The notes under the pieces are model-generated. The model did no database searches, was not told the DNA's origin, and worked only from the letters and a program-made list of their open reading frames with translations. The position numbers and the translations under genes are program-made. Below are positions 1-12,879 of a stretch of DNA of 64,000 bases, one piece after another. The stretch is from the human T2T-CHM13v2.0 reference genome, Homo sapiens: the NCBI RefSeq assembly GCF_009914755.1, contig NC_060937.1, one strand, 5' to 3'. Every line of letters begins with the position of its first letter. Positions within the stretch are counted from its first letter, which is position 1.

Positions 1-281
1 CCAGCACTTTGGGAGGCTGAGGCTGGTGGATCACCTAAGGGTAGGAGTTCAAGACCAGCCTGACCAATATGGTAAAACCCCATCTCTACTAAAAATACAA
101 AAATTAGCCAGGCGGGGTGGTGGTGCCTGTAGTCCCAGCTACTCAGGAGGCTGAGACAGGAGAATTTCTTGAATCGGGGAGACAGAGATTGCAGTGAGCC
201 GAGATCGGGCCACTACACTCCAGCCTGGGTGACAGAGTGAGACTCCATATCAAATAAATAAGTAAATAAATAAATAATAAA
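1..281 (+). mobile_element. Alu SINE (AluS-like), 5' end cut by the window edge, (TAAA)n tail
   Basis: ccagcactttgggaggctgagg...tactaaaaatacaaaaattagcc...ccagcctgggtgacagagtgagactcc followed by an A-rich tail. Confidence 0.95.
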
Positions 282-964
282 ATGGAGACTATTATGCCAT
301 GATGTATAGTTACATAAATTCTACTGCAACAGAGGGAAAAAGTGATGATGCAAGAGTCTTCAGGTAGGTATGAAGGTCTAGGATCCAGTGCCCTGAGGTG
401 GAGTTGGCCTGAGTTAGGAGAAGGGATAGTTTATCCACTGCAACAAGAGGAAGCACAGGGTGCTTGGTATGGATACACATGGGTGGGTTGAGTAGAAGGG
501 GAATGTGGAAGTTCCTTTCTGATCGCTTCCATTTTCTCAGTGACAGAAGAAACAAGGTCTTTAGTTGAGCATGAGTACGGAAAAGAGAGTGTAAAAATTA
601 GAGGAGATCAGAGTGAGTGTAAAATAGCCGTCTGGAAGGGTGGGAGGCAGGAACTACAGCCATATTTAAGAAGAGAAGTTATCGAGACTGGGAATGAAAC
701 AAAGATTGTGAATTCACGATTCACCAAGGAGACATTTACAACAAGAAGATGTGAGAGGCATAGGGAAGCAAACTGAGTGCCAGAACAAGAAGGAGGATGG
801 CCTTCTTATGCTCAAGTCCATCACAAGGCTGCCTGTCTAGGGACAGAACTTTAGCTCTGCTTCCTATAAGCAGTTAAAATTCTAGGGTGCTATTGAGCCC
901 TTGGATGTGCTAACATGATGACTTAATAAAATGTCTTTCACATGAAGAGGCACTATGGCACCAC

Positions 965-1185
965 AGAAAATGATGAGGCTTGGGAGTCAGATGGACAGGG
1001 TTCAAACTCAATCTCAGTGACTTGCCTGTCAAATGATGCTATTGGATCCATTACTTGTTTTTTTCTGAAATTCAGGTCCCTTATTTACAAAGTAAAGATG
1101 TTAATATCTCCTTTTGAAGATTGCTGTGATAATGAGAGATAACGATAAAGTATCTTACAGAGTACAAGTAAAATTACTAAGTTAA
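965..1185 (+). mobile_element. MIR SINE fragment
   Basis: ggcttgggagtcagatggacagggttcaaactc...ccttatttacaaagtaaagatgttaata resembles the MIR core; boundaries approximate. Confidence 0.6.
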
Positions 1186-2879
1186 GTGTTTGGACCTCTC
1201 TTTAAACGTGTCAGCTCAAACATATGCATTTATCTTCACTCTCTCCAAAAATCACACTAAAGCAACAGTAAAGAATAAAAAAAATCAGAAATACGCAGGG
1301 ACAAAGATAATAGGAGAGAAGAAAAGAGCATACCAGATCACGTCAAATTTTGAAATGTAAAAGTTTTTCCACGTGTTTAATCTGACATATAGGAGTTAAA
1401 ACCTGCATATCTTCTAATAATAAGAAGCAAGATGTCTTCAGTCACAGAGCCCCAGAAAGACTCCGTAATTGGAGGTATGAAATACTTATCAAGTGGAGGT
1501 GAAAAACAGGGCTGAAAAAGGGGCAATCAGTGAAAAGCCTAAATAACATATCTCTATTATGTGAAGTCAAATGACCACCCCTCCCAATTTCTCAAGAAAG
1601 CTTATTGGAGAACATGAAATTTGGGAAAATTGAATAAAAAAGCTACAGGTGAGGGGGTTGTTTTGGTTTGGTTTTTTGTTCAGGGTGCTAAATAGTACTG
1701 AAAATTGATAACAAACCAAGTCAGCCTAATTTACAGTCTCGAAGTTAGGTGACATTATATTAAACAGATGATCAACCATCAAAATTACTACAGCAGTGTT
1801 TATTTTCCAGATCACATTTTGTAGTCTTTGAAATGTCAGATATGCACTCCCACTGAGAGGCAAATGTGGATATACATATGCAAGGATGTCATCAACATGG
1901 AGAAGATTGAAAGCAAATGTGCAAGGACTCATTACAGATTTAATCCTTCCAACAATTCTGATTAAACAAGGGACCGACAGGTTGTTTGATTCTGAGGATT
2001 TGGGTTATTGATTATTGACATAGGAACTGGATCCCCTGAATATTTCACCAAATGGAATTTTGGATTTGAAAATTTGTGGCTTCCAAATAAAGGACATTCA
2101 TTTATAGTGTGCTTTATTCATATTAACATTACACACTTCCTTCTGACCTATAACAGACTGAGAGCTGTCACCTGAGGCACTGTCTTCTTTTTTATCACAT
2201 TAAAGAGCAAAAAGCCACAAACAGCTTATTAATGAGTCTTAAAGACCCTTGAAAATACAGAAGAAACCCTCTGAACTAATGATGGGAAATGTTAGCCCAG
2301 ACCCCATGCCGATCACTCATCCCAAGCACTTACATTGCCTTTGCTTTCTAGCTGTGTCAACACCATACTCCTCCCCAACCTCACTCGGCTGTACACACTG
2401 TGTATGTTTAGCCATGACATACAGGTGAGTGGCTTCTCCCAGCAGCCACCCTCCTCAATCCACCTGATCCTACTCCCAGCCACAAAACACTGGGACATTA
2501 ATTGGGAAAGATGGCTCTCCTTCCTTCAGACTCCTTGTGCCTTTGTCCTCACACTGTGTGTAGGGACAATAGCTGCATTTCTTTCTTTGAAGGGTTCATA
2601 GTTTATAGGAGGCAACAACAGCCACAAAGACGATTGCCAGGTATTGAATGAGGACTAGCAGAGAAGTCAGCACAAGGACGAGCCAAGTGAAGGGAGATGC
2701 TCACTCTGGCCCCATCTGAGGCAGCATTGGAGCGAGGCCTTGAATTTTGGTGGGGTGGAGGACAGCAATCAGCCAAGTCCAAGGGCAACATTCCAGTCCT
2801 GGGAACAGCATCTGAAGAGCAAGGCATTGCCTGGAACCTGGAAGGATAGTGTTTTCAAGAAACTATAATTGGGTTTCAT

Positions 2880-3040
2880 GTCACTGAGGCTGAAATAGGT
2901 AAGTAGGGAATGGAAAGGTACAAAGTTTAGGATAAATTGCAAAGGGCCTCATATGCTGGGCTAAGAAGCTTGGGTTTTTATCTTGTAGGTAGCAGGGAAC
3001 CATTCAGAATTTTGAAGTAAGAGAATATAGTCCTGGAAGT
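2880..3040 (-). mobile_element. L2 LINE fragment
   Basis: agggcctcatatgctgggctaagaagcttgggtttttatcttgtaggtagcagggaacca is typical antisense L2 sequence. Confidence 0.5.
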
Positions 3041-4179
3041 TTCAAAATGAATCTGCTTCTTCATGTTCTATCACATATTCACCTACCTAAGAAGACTCTG
3101 AGAAGTTTCTTATCTCCATTTCAGAGTTTATAGGAGGATTCACCAACCAACACAAATTCCTCTATTGGTCTTAGATCAAAAGCCCATAAAAAGAGAGAAT
3201 ACATCTGTTCTATGTATTTTATACCCTTTCTAATTCTTCTTATCCCTAAGCAAAGGGGCCTTAAGTGCATGCTAAATCTATTCCTAGAATTTCCTAAAGT
3301 AATTTGCAGCTTTGAGTTTTCTACAAATAATACTCACCAGATAAAACGTTCAAAAGCCTCTCATCTTTATTCTACATATTGCTTTGGTTTTTAGGACATA
3401 CATCTCCCAATTTTAAGAAGTCAATATACTTCGAATTGTTTGCCCTTTCACTACTCTGACATGTGGTTACCCAGTGATAAGGAATGGCAACACCTTCATT
3501 CCTTATCACTCCACTTGTGCCACAAACACTTGACTCTGGGTCACATCTTAAACACAGGTGAAGATCATTTTCTTGCATTCCTATGAGAAGAGATTCTTTT
3601 AAGAAACATAATAAATGTTCAACAAATGTTCACTGACTGCCTGACTTATGAGCACCTCCTGCTAATTTCTAAGCAGATTAGAGACACAACAAATCTCCAA
3701 GCAAGGCCACCTTCCTAGGACTGATCTAACCAGAGCACACAAAACCAATCAGCACTAAAATTAACCTCAGTTACACTGCTGGTTAAAGACAGTTCTTTGA
3801 AGATCCTTGCTGTACAGTGCCAGATCAACAGCTGTAGATTATCCAGAAATCTCTCCAGAGAACCTGTGGCTAAAAACTGCTACTGGGGCTCAGGAGAGAG
3901 CCAGTCCAGGCCTGGAGGCCATGGGTCTGAGGCCAGTGCACAGTTACAGCCTCAGCTTCTTATACTGTAGAGAAGTGGGACCTAAGCTACCCCTCTGAGT
4001 CAGCCAGCACATGTTAACAATGACTCAGGACATTATATTGATGGAGGTGCCATGGTTAACATCAACAGCTACTGACAAGGCCACACAATTACTCCACATA
4101 AATTTTTTTAAATTCTCCCTCACAATTGTTAATATTTTTAGGGTAGTTTTCAGATTAATGAAAGATAGGGAACTGGACT

Positions 4180-4355
4180 ACTTTCTAAAGCACTGTTATA
4201 TGTTCATCTCATTTCATCTTCATATATCCCTTATAATAAATAATATTATCTCCATCCTAGAAATGAAAAAATGAAACTCTGAGAAGGTAAGTGACTTGCC
4301 TATCACACATTTTTGAAGCCATGGAACCAGAGCCACCTCCTAGGTTTTTCTGTGC
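4180..4355 (-). mobile_element. MIR SINE fragment
   Basis: attatctccatcctagaaatgaaaaaatgaaactctgagaaggtaagtgacttgcc matches the antisense MIR core. Confidence 0.65.
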
Positions 4356-4489
4356 CCTTGGCCAAAGCTCTTTCTTCTGTGGCAAACTACCACTTGGGGT
4401 AGTCCGAGAAAAGAAAGGGGAGTCAGTGAGGAATTCAAGGATGGTTAGAGATTTCCTCCTGGAGACTGCTTTCAGATGTGTGACGACAC

Positions 4490-4610
4490 ACAGAGAGAGA
4501 GAAAAAGAGAGAAGGAGGGAGGGAAGGAAAGACAGAGGAAGAGAGCAAGGGAAGGAGGAGGGAGAAAAAGAAAAGGAAATGAGAGAGGATTGAAGGGAAG
4601 AGGAGGAGAG
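4490..4610. repeat. GA-rich low-complexity purine tract
   Basis: Nearly pure G/A run seen directly. Confidence 0.85.
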
Positions 4611-7346
4611 ATAATTTAACCTACTCTTTCCTCTACTTCTCCAAGTAGACTTCATAATATATTTGCACAAAACGTACAGCATTTTTCACAATGAGAAATA
4701 TGTCTAGCTTCAGTCAAAGGAGCTAGAATTTACAAATGTGTTGGAAAGTCATCTCATAATTTTAGAGTGACTTTTGCCAAACCAAGTGTTGTGTGTATTG
4801 ATTTGCCTCCCTCTCTGCCACTGGACATTGCTGCTGTGTTTCTGACATGACGGCCATCCGTGACACAGAGGCAGGAAATCCATGAGGCATGGTGGCAACT
4901 CCACTCCAAGGGACTGCTTAAGGCGTTGGGTGTTATGTCCTGGTGGTGGAGGTGATGGGGGGTGAAGATGCAAAACAGAGGCATTAAATTTACCTTTTGC
5001 TATTGATTTTCCACAGAAATCTTATCTTGTTTTCCTAAATCCTTGGCTATAAAAAAGCTCATTATTTTTAAGTATTTCGTAAGAACCTAAGTCTTCTTTC
5101 CATGTTGTGTCCAGAAATTTTTTTTAGGGACAATTTGAGGAAATATTTTGTGAAATACAACGAGAAAGACCATCCCTAACTGCTCCTTACATAATAGAGC
5201 TTCTGGGGGCCGATGTTAGAAACATCCGATTATAAACTGTAGGCCTTTTGATTACTAAAGTATAATAATTAGATTATATAGAAATGTCCTTAACTATGGT
5301 GCTGAACGGAACAAAATAACTGGTAATTGGTCTCAACCAGAGTAAATAATGTCCTTCCTTTTATTTACATTTGGTTTTTCTATAAACTGCCTACTGGGTT
5401 GTGTGGAACTCAAGAGGCTAGCAAAAAACTGAATCCCCATCCATCAGTATTAATCTCACACTCTACTGTGGCTCCATCCATTTATCTTTCCGACACAAAT
5501 TAGAAATTCAAGAGTTTTAACAAATGAGCCTGCAAATGTAAACTTATTAGGCCATATATTTTTACTACACACTGTGCAGTGCTCTCCACAAAGCTGTCCC
5601 TTCAGAGAGCATTTTCCTATTTTGTGTTATTGATGGCAGCTAACTAATCACATTTTTAATGTTGTCTTTGGGGAGGGCTGTTTGAGTGAATGTGCAAGCT
5701 AAACTACCCAGAATAAATCTACCTTATTAAATGCTTGAAATTATGTGTCTTTTACGATAAAGAAACTCCCGAGCATTGTTACATTTGCTAACCTTCTTTT
5801 GCAGGAATCAAAAGACTGGGATTAATTAAAATAATACATCAAAACTGGGGTGTTGTACAGAATGTGTCTATGTGTGAGGAAAGGCCAAGAAAAATTGGTT
5901 AATTGGTCTCTTCATCCCTATTCACTCTCCTCCATCTAAATAGCTTTAAGTGTTGCTTTCTGAAATGGAACTACAATAACATGAGCTGGGGAGGAAGACT
6001 CACTCCAACTGTTCGCTAGACAATGGCTGGTCTCTACCCCACCACCCCTGCCCCCCAGAAATTCCTTCTGGTTGACACAGTGCATATTTGATTAACAAAG
6101 AACTTCAAAAAATTTGGTCCTTAGACTTGAATGCTTGAAAACACATAGGAAGCATAAATATATTGTGACCCTAGCATTGTATTTCATCTAAACAAAGATG
6201 CACTTATTTAAATGCCTCTGAATAATGTCATCTTTCACAAGTATCAAAAGAAAACATCTGGCAGGTAAATGCTTCCCTCAAAGCCCAGGTCTGCTTTTCC
6301 TTTAGCTATGATGGGCAATCTAACGGTAGGCCTCTCTCAGTCCTGGGTACAATCACTCCGCTATTGAGAGGTGGGCTAATTACTGGCAAGTCTTTTATTA
6401 CTGAGCTCAAGTACTAATCTGAGCCCCGAGTGCATCTGCTTTCTACTTCTCTGTAAGTTTTGCAGTCTCAGAAGCAAATGTAAATATGGCCACAATTCTG
6501 GGTTGTCACATAAATTTCAAGGGTAAGGAATGAGGTGTAAGCTTGAGTAGAGGGAATGGGATGGTTTGGGAATCAGAACTCTCAGTGGCACAAGTGGTAG
6601 AGAATTTGGACTCTATATCAGTACGTACCCTTCAGGACATAAAGACATGTAATAGTAATTTACCTAAAGGAAAAAAAAACGTTTGGAAAGTGGGAGGATA
6701 GAGTGAGAACTCAAATTTCTGCCAATTATTTTCCAGTTACTTGACTGTCCCACTTAAGAAGCAAGGCTTTTGTGAAACTGACATTTAAACACAATAAACA
6801 TATGCTAGTCATTGAAATTAAAGTCACAAGCATTTCAAGACCATGTAATAGACGGTTTTAGTGTTCCTCTGCAATCAGAGTTCCTCTCTTTTACTTAGCT
6901 TGGAGGAGAAACATAAACTTGATTAGCACTTAACTAAAGTATAATGGCTGATAAATTGTCCTTAATGTTTCAAAACTAGACAACTATGCTAAGGTTGCCT
7001 AGAAATTACTTCTTGACTACACAGACACACTCATTTTTTCTCACTAAGTCACAGGAATCAACAATTTAAGAACACACTGGCTTTCTTGAAGCATATTTCT
7101 TGTTTATCTTAGATTACTTAGAGTAATTATTTAACTGTTACATTTAGCAAAGGTGCAATCCAAAGAGAAAGACTGAAGAGGTAAAGAGTGTTATGAATGG
7201 CGGAGGTAAAATTCACTAGAAAAGTCTTTTGTATTGGAATTTGGCTTGAAAAATGCAAGAAAATGTTTATTTTGCTCACTCTGCAAATATTTACTGAGCA
7301 CCTATTACGAACTGAGTCAGATGCTGTTTACAGAAAGACAAAGATA

Positions 7347-7426
7347 CTGGGTTGGTAAAAAAGTTATTGAGGTTTTTGCCATTACTTTTAATGGCAAAAA
7401 CCACAATTATTTTTGCACCAACCTAG
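7347..7426. mobile_element. MADE1 (Hsmar1-derived 80-bp MITE) with TA target-site duplication
   Basis: ctgggttggtaaaaaagttattgaggtttttgccattacttttaatggcaaaaaccacaattatttttgcaccaacctag is a near-palindrome of 80 bp, flanked by TA at 7345-7346 and 7427-7428. Confidence 0.93.
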
Positions 7427-8649
7427 TAATAGCCCCCTGCTCTCTAGGAGTTACTGGAGGACACAGCTCTGCTCCGTAAGCAGCTAATGAAATTTGCCAG
7501 GCACTAGTATAGAAACATAAACCAAGAGTTTGGGAGCTCAAATAATCACTAAAGAAATGTTCCCGTCCCTCAAAATTATATGTGTTATAAGGCATAAAAT
7601 CTAAATTACACTTGCTTTCATTGCATTCTCAGGGGGAAAAAAATCCATTTGCTGTTAACGTTAATGGGATCAATATTCACATTTTAAATAGTAGCATTGT
7701 TACGTTCATTGTAAAACAGATGAAACACCACATCATAGGGAAGTTTTTTTTTAAGTTGAGTTTAAACAGAATTAAATAAATATTCATTTCAAACATCCCA
7801 TGCTAAGGGATATTTACTCTTAAAAAGCACCCTTCAATTAATCCTTTATTTAAGCAAAGAACCCTTTTGCAATATGAACAATCTCCATATGTATTTGCAC
7901 CATAAGCCTGGATTTTCATATATTAGATTTCAATGGCAAAAAATCTTAGTGATAGGTCCCCAGGCAACATATTGCATTGTCTTTTTGGGTCATGACACTG
8001 CCTGTGCTAGCAACGAATAGAACAAAAGACATTAAAAGCACTAATCCTTGCCCTCAGGATAAGGTCCAAGCTCCTTAACCTTTCATGGATCTGGTCCCTG
8101 CTTAATCCTCCAGGCTTTGATTGAGTGACATAAAATAGTGGCACCTCTGTCAGCCTGGTTGCTGAATGACTACATGGAACAGAGACACCCCCACCTCCAC
8201 CACTGGTCCTTCTGGTCATTTGGATATATAATGTGAGCCATAAATCAATCATGTTTCCTAAGCCCCTGGATTCAGGGGCTGTTTGTCAAAACAGCATAGC
8301 CTAGCCTCCCTTAGCTCTTTGTCAACCATAGTCTAGTGTTTCCAGAGGAATATTTTCCATACTTGGGCACTCAAGTACCATCTTCACAACTTTTTACATA
8401 CCTCAATACTGTCTTCACTTCCATCAATTTAAATTTATTTACCTAAATACATTTATGTTAAAATAAATTTCATATGACTATTGGAAATTGAAAACCAGTA
8501 TTACTTCCAATAAGTAGAAACTGACTGTAAAAACTATAACTCTTAAAATAAGGTGTTTATCTATGTAACACCTTCAAATTTCTGATGTACCACTGGTGTA
8601 GACCTAATACACTCTTAGAAATGCTGGTCTAGAAAAGACAGACATGGTC

Positions 8650-8935
8650 CTTGATGTCCAAAATAATTGTTTTAGTACCAACTTCACCACCTACTTTGTG
8701 TCTTCAGGTAAGTTACCTGACTTCTCTGAGCCTCAGATATTTTATCTCTATTTTATAAAGTGGAAAACTTTTATCTCTATTTTATAAAGTGGAAAACTAT
8801 AAAATTTTATTACATAAAATTAATTTGCAGATTAAATGAGAAATAGATGTGAAATTCTTGGCACATATTTTTAAGTGCACAATTCAGTGGTTTTTAGAAT
8901 ACTGGCACACTTTTAATGCTCAGAAATATCAGATG
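8650..8935 (+). mobile_element. MIR fragment containing a 29-bp tandem duplication
   Basis: caggtaagttacctgacttctctgagcctcag...gcagattaaatgagaaatagatgtgaaa. Confidence 0.6.
8741..8798. repeat. Perfect 29-bp tandem duplication
   Basis: tttatctctattttataaagtggaaaact at 8741-8769 and 8770-8798. Confidence 0.95.
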
Positions 8936-8959
8936 TTGTTGTCAGTGATGTCCCATAAG

Positions 8960-9070
8960 CGCTAGATTGTGAGCTCCCTGAGGTCCTGTGTTTATTCATC
9001 TGTGGGACCTCATAACACCCAGTGCTGTCTTTTGCACATTGGAGGTGCCAAGTAAATGTTTATTGAAATA
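8960..9070 (+). mobile_element. L2 3' end
   Basis: ctagattgtgagctccctgagg...ggaggtgccaagtaaatgtttattgaa. Confidence 0.6.
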
Positions 9071-9489
9071 GTCTGCCATAGTCAATGATTTCCCATCTTG
9101 TCTGTGGAGGTTTTTTTCCATCCCCATATGCATCCAATCAACCAACCAGTTAATTGGTTCTGAAGGTAAATTGGTTTGTAGGTAAATCCACTTTGACTAG
9201 GGTTTGCCTGCTTCTCAGTCATAGACTAATTGAGGGTTATCTTCTTTTCAAGCTATTATTTCTCAAAACAAATCTGTATCTTGTCTTTTAGTTTGAAGAT
9301 TTACTAACTAGTAGCAGAAAGGATCTCAAGTTTGAAGGTTTGATGAATGTAATTATAACAGAAGAAAAAGTGGATTTTACTTACAGAAACCACAGAGTCC
9401 ACAACATTTAGTGTTGATTACTGCTCACCTTTCAAGTGTTTAAGCACACAGAATCTAAACTTGGACAAATATGGTTTATGCCAAGGTTC

Positions 9490-9660
9490 AAGAACAAGTT
9501 ACACAACATCTTTGGTCCTTAGTTTTCTCCTCTGGCCTTATTAATGGCAGTCTCTTAGAATTGACACAGGATCAAATGAGAGAATGAACAGAGCTTAAAT
9601 GGGTTTAGAACAGGCCTGGGACATAGCAAGAGCTTAATACATGTTAACTATTATTATAAT
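9490..9660 (+). mobile_element. MIR fragment
   Basis: ggatcaaatgagagaatg...ttagaacaggcctgggacatagcaagagcttaatacatgttaactattatt. Confidence 0.6.
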
Positions 9661-9705
9661 TCTGTTTACACCTGATGATTATGATTACAAAAATTTAGAT
9701 TCTGA

Positions 9706-10040
<335 letters not shown>

Positions 10041-10157
10041 TAACTAAGTATAAGAATTCATACATTGAATCACTGTAAACATTTCAAGCAGCTAAAGAAA
10101 GAGCTTTGGGCATCCTACAACCGTCTTCTTTATATTTTTGTTTCAATTCCCTCATTT

Positions 10158-10311
10158 TATTGACCAGGATAAGCTAGATTATGCTGTGATTTGAAAAAAA
10201 TAAAAATGATTCTGACAAAAGTGTATCACTCATTCTTCCAGGTCTGCTATGGGTCCAGATGACACACAACAGTCCAGGACAGCTGGTCACTTGTTGGTTT
10301 CATTCTCTCTT
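10158..10311. mobile_element. Old MaLR LTR (MLT1-like), left part
   Basis: caggataagctagattatgctgtg resembles an MLT1 terminus; appears to continue after 16437. Confidence 0.5.
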
Positions 10312-10323
10312 TGATATGGTTTG
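10312..10323 (+). mobile_element. First 12 bp of an MST (MaLR) LTR interrupted by HERV-H
   Basis: tgatatggtttg is the MST/THE1 start; the element resumes at 16071 as gatttgtgtcccgacccaaatctcatg. Confidence 0.8.
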
Positions 10324-10736
10324 CGTCAGGCCTCTGAGCCCAAGCTAAGCCATCATATCCCCTGTGACCTGCACGTACACATCCAGATGGCCGGTTCCTG
10401 CCTTAACTGATGACATTCCACCACAAAAGAAGTGAAAATGGCCTGTTCCTGCCTTAACTGATGACATTCTCTTGTGAAATTCCTTCTCCTGGCTCATCCT
10501 GGCTCAAAAGCTCCCCCACTGAGTACCTTGTGACTCCCACTCTGCCTGCCAGAGAACAACCCCTCTTTGACTGTAATTTTCCTTTACCTACCCAAATCCT
10601 ATAAAACAGCCCCACCCCTATCTCCCTTCACTGACTCTCTTTTCGGACTCAGCCCACCTGCACCCAGGTGAAATAAACAGCTTTATTGCTCACACAAAGC
10701 CTGTTTGGTGGTCTCTTCACACAGACGCGAGTGAAA
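10324..10736 (+). promoter_or_regulatory. 5' LTR7 promoter/enhancer (TATA-like cctataaaa, duplicated U3 repeat, ACAAAAGA SOX-type motif at 10423-10430)
   Basis: (c)gtcaggcctctgagcccaagctaagccatc...gcgagtgaaa; two copies of gttcctgccttaactgatgacattc. Confidence 0.92.
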
Positions 10737-10738
10737 TT

Positions 10739-10756
10739 TGGTGCCATGACTTGGAT
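10739..10756 (+). other. Primer binding site, tRNA-His
   Basis: tggtgccatgacttggat versus TGGTGCCGTGACTCGGAT; both mismatches are CpG decay. Confidence 0.9.
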
Positions 10757-10879
10757 CAGGGGACCTCCCTTGGGAGATCAATCCCCTGTCCTCCTGTTCT
10801 TTGCTCTGTGAGAAAGATCCACCTACGACCTCAGGTCCTCAGACCAACCAGCCCAAGAAACATCTCACCAATTTCAAAT

Positions 10880-10888
10880 CCGGTAAGC
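10880..10888 (+). promoter_or_regulatory. HERV-H major splice donor
   Basis: aaatcCG|GTAAGC about 146 nt downstream of the 5' LTR, GT at 10883-10884. Confidence 0.75.
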
Positions 10889-11338
10889 AGCCTCTTTTTA
10901 CTCTCTTCTCCAACCTCCCTGTCCCTCAACCTCTTTCTCCTTTCAATCTTGGCACCACACTTCAATCTCTCCCTTCTTTTAATTTCAATTCCTTTCATTT
11001 TCTGGTAGAGACAAAGGAGACACGTTTTATCCGTGGACCCAAAACTCCGGCACCGGTCATGGACTGGGAAGGCAGCCTTCCCTTGGTGTTTAATCATTGC
11101 AGGGACGCCTCTCTGATTATTCACCCAGGTTTCAGAGGTGTCAGACCATGCAGGGACGCCTGCCTTGGTCCCTCACCCTTAGCGGCAAGTCCCGCTTTTC
11201 TGGGAGAGGGGCAAGAACCCCGACCCCTTCTCTCTGTGTCTCTACCCCTTCTGCGCCTTTCTGGGGGGCAAGAAACCCCCAACCCCTTCTCCTTCACCCT
11301 TAGCAGCAAGTCCCGCTTTTCTAGGGGAGGGTCAAGTA

Positions 11339-11542
11339 CCCCAACCTCGTATCTCTGTGCCCCGATCCCTTATTTCCATGCCCCGACCTCTTATATCTCT
11401 GCGCCTCAATCCCTTATTTCCATGCCCCAACCTCTTATATCTCTGCACCCCGATCCCTTATTTTCATGCCCCAACCTCTTATCTCTGTGCCCCAATCCAT
11501 TATTTCCATGCCCCAACCTCATATCTCTGTGCCCCGACCCTT
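11339..11542. repeat. HERV-H leader minisatellite, ~4.7 copies of a 42-44 bp unit
   Basis: Unit approximately ccccaacctctta(ta)tctctgtgccccgatcccttatttccatg. Confidence 0.85.
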
Positions 11543-11629
11543 TTCCCGCTTTTCTGGAGGGTAAGAACCCCCAAACCCCTTCCCTCCATGTCTCTACTCT
11601 CTCTTTTCTCTGGGCTTGCCTCCTTCACT

Positions 11630-12850
11630 ATGGGCAACCTTCCACCCTCCATTCCTCCTTCTTCTCCATTAGCCTGTGTTCTTAAGAACTTAAAACCTCT
11701 TCAACTCTCACCTGACCTAAAAGCTAAGCATCTTATTTTCTTCTGCAATGCTGCTTGACCCCAATACAAACTCGACAGTAGTTCCAAATAGCCAGAAAAC
11801 GGCACTTTCAATTTTTCCATCCTGCAAGATCTAAATAATTCTTGTTGTAAAATGGGCAAATAGTCTGAGGTGCCTGATGTCCAGGCATTCTTTTACATAT
11901 CAGTCCCTCTCTAGTCTCTGTTCCCAATGCAACTCATCCCAAATCTTCCTTCTTTCCCTCCCACCTGTCCCCCCAGTCCCAACCCCAAGTGTTGCTGAGT
12001 CTTTCTAATCTTCCTTTTCTACAGACCCATCTGACCTCTCCCCTCCTCCCCAGGCTGCTCCTCACCAGGCCGAGCTAGGTCCCAATTCTTCCTCAGCCTC
12101 CGATCCCCCACCCTATAATCCTTTTATCACCTCCCCTCCTCACACCTGGTCCGGCTTACAGTTTCGTTCCGTGAGTAGCCCTCCCCAACCTGCCCAGCAA
12201 TTTACTCTTAAAAAGGTGGCTGGAGCTAAAGGCATAGTCAAGGTTAATGCTCCTTTTTCTTTATCCCAAATCAGATAGCGTTTAGGCTCTTTTTCATCAA
12301 ATATAAAAACCCAGCCCAGTTCATGGCTGGTTTGGCAGCAACCCTGAGACACTTTACAGCCCTAGACCCTAAAAGGTCAAAAGGCCGTCTTATTCTCAAA
12401 ATACATTTTTTTTACCCAATCTGCTCCTGACATTAAATAAAACTCCAAAAATTAAATTCTGGCCCTCAAACCCCACAACAGGATTTAATTAACCTCGCCT
12501 TCAAGGTGTACAATAATAGAAAAAAGTTGCAATTCCTTGCCTCCACTGTGAGACAAACCCCAGCCACATCTCCAGCACACAAGAACTTCCAAACGCCTGA
12601 ACCGCAGCAGCCAGGCATTCCTCCAGAACCTCCTCCCCCAGGAGCTTCCTACAAGTGCCAGAAATCTGGCCACCAGGCCAAGGAATGCCTGCAGCCCAGG
12701 ATTCCTCCTAAGCCACCTCCCATCTGTGCGGGACCCCACTGGAAATCGGACTGTCCAACTCACCTGGCAGCCACTCCCAGAGCCCCTGGGACTCTGGCCC
12801 AAGACTCTCTGACTCCTTCCCAGATCTTGGCTTAGCGGCTGAAGACTGAC
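11630..12850 (+). pseudogene. HERV-H gag remnant
   Basis: MGNLPPSIPPSSPLACVLKNLKPL start with an early TGA at 11756-11758; two degenerate zinc knuckles (YKCQKSGHQAKEC, PICAGPHWKSDC) each lacking the first Cys. Confidence 0.85.
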
Positions 12851-12879
12851 ACTGCCCGATCGCCTCGGAAGCCCTGTAG

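Noticed and set aside
11339-11542. CRISPR-like repeat array
   Set aside because: Head-to-tail degenerate units without unique spacers, inside an endogenous retrovirus leader in a mammalian genome
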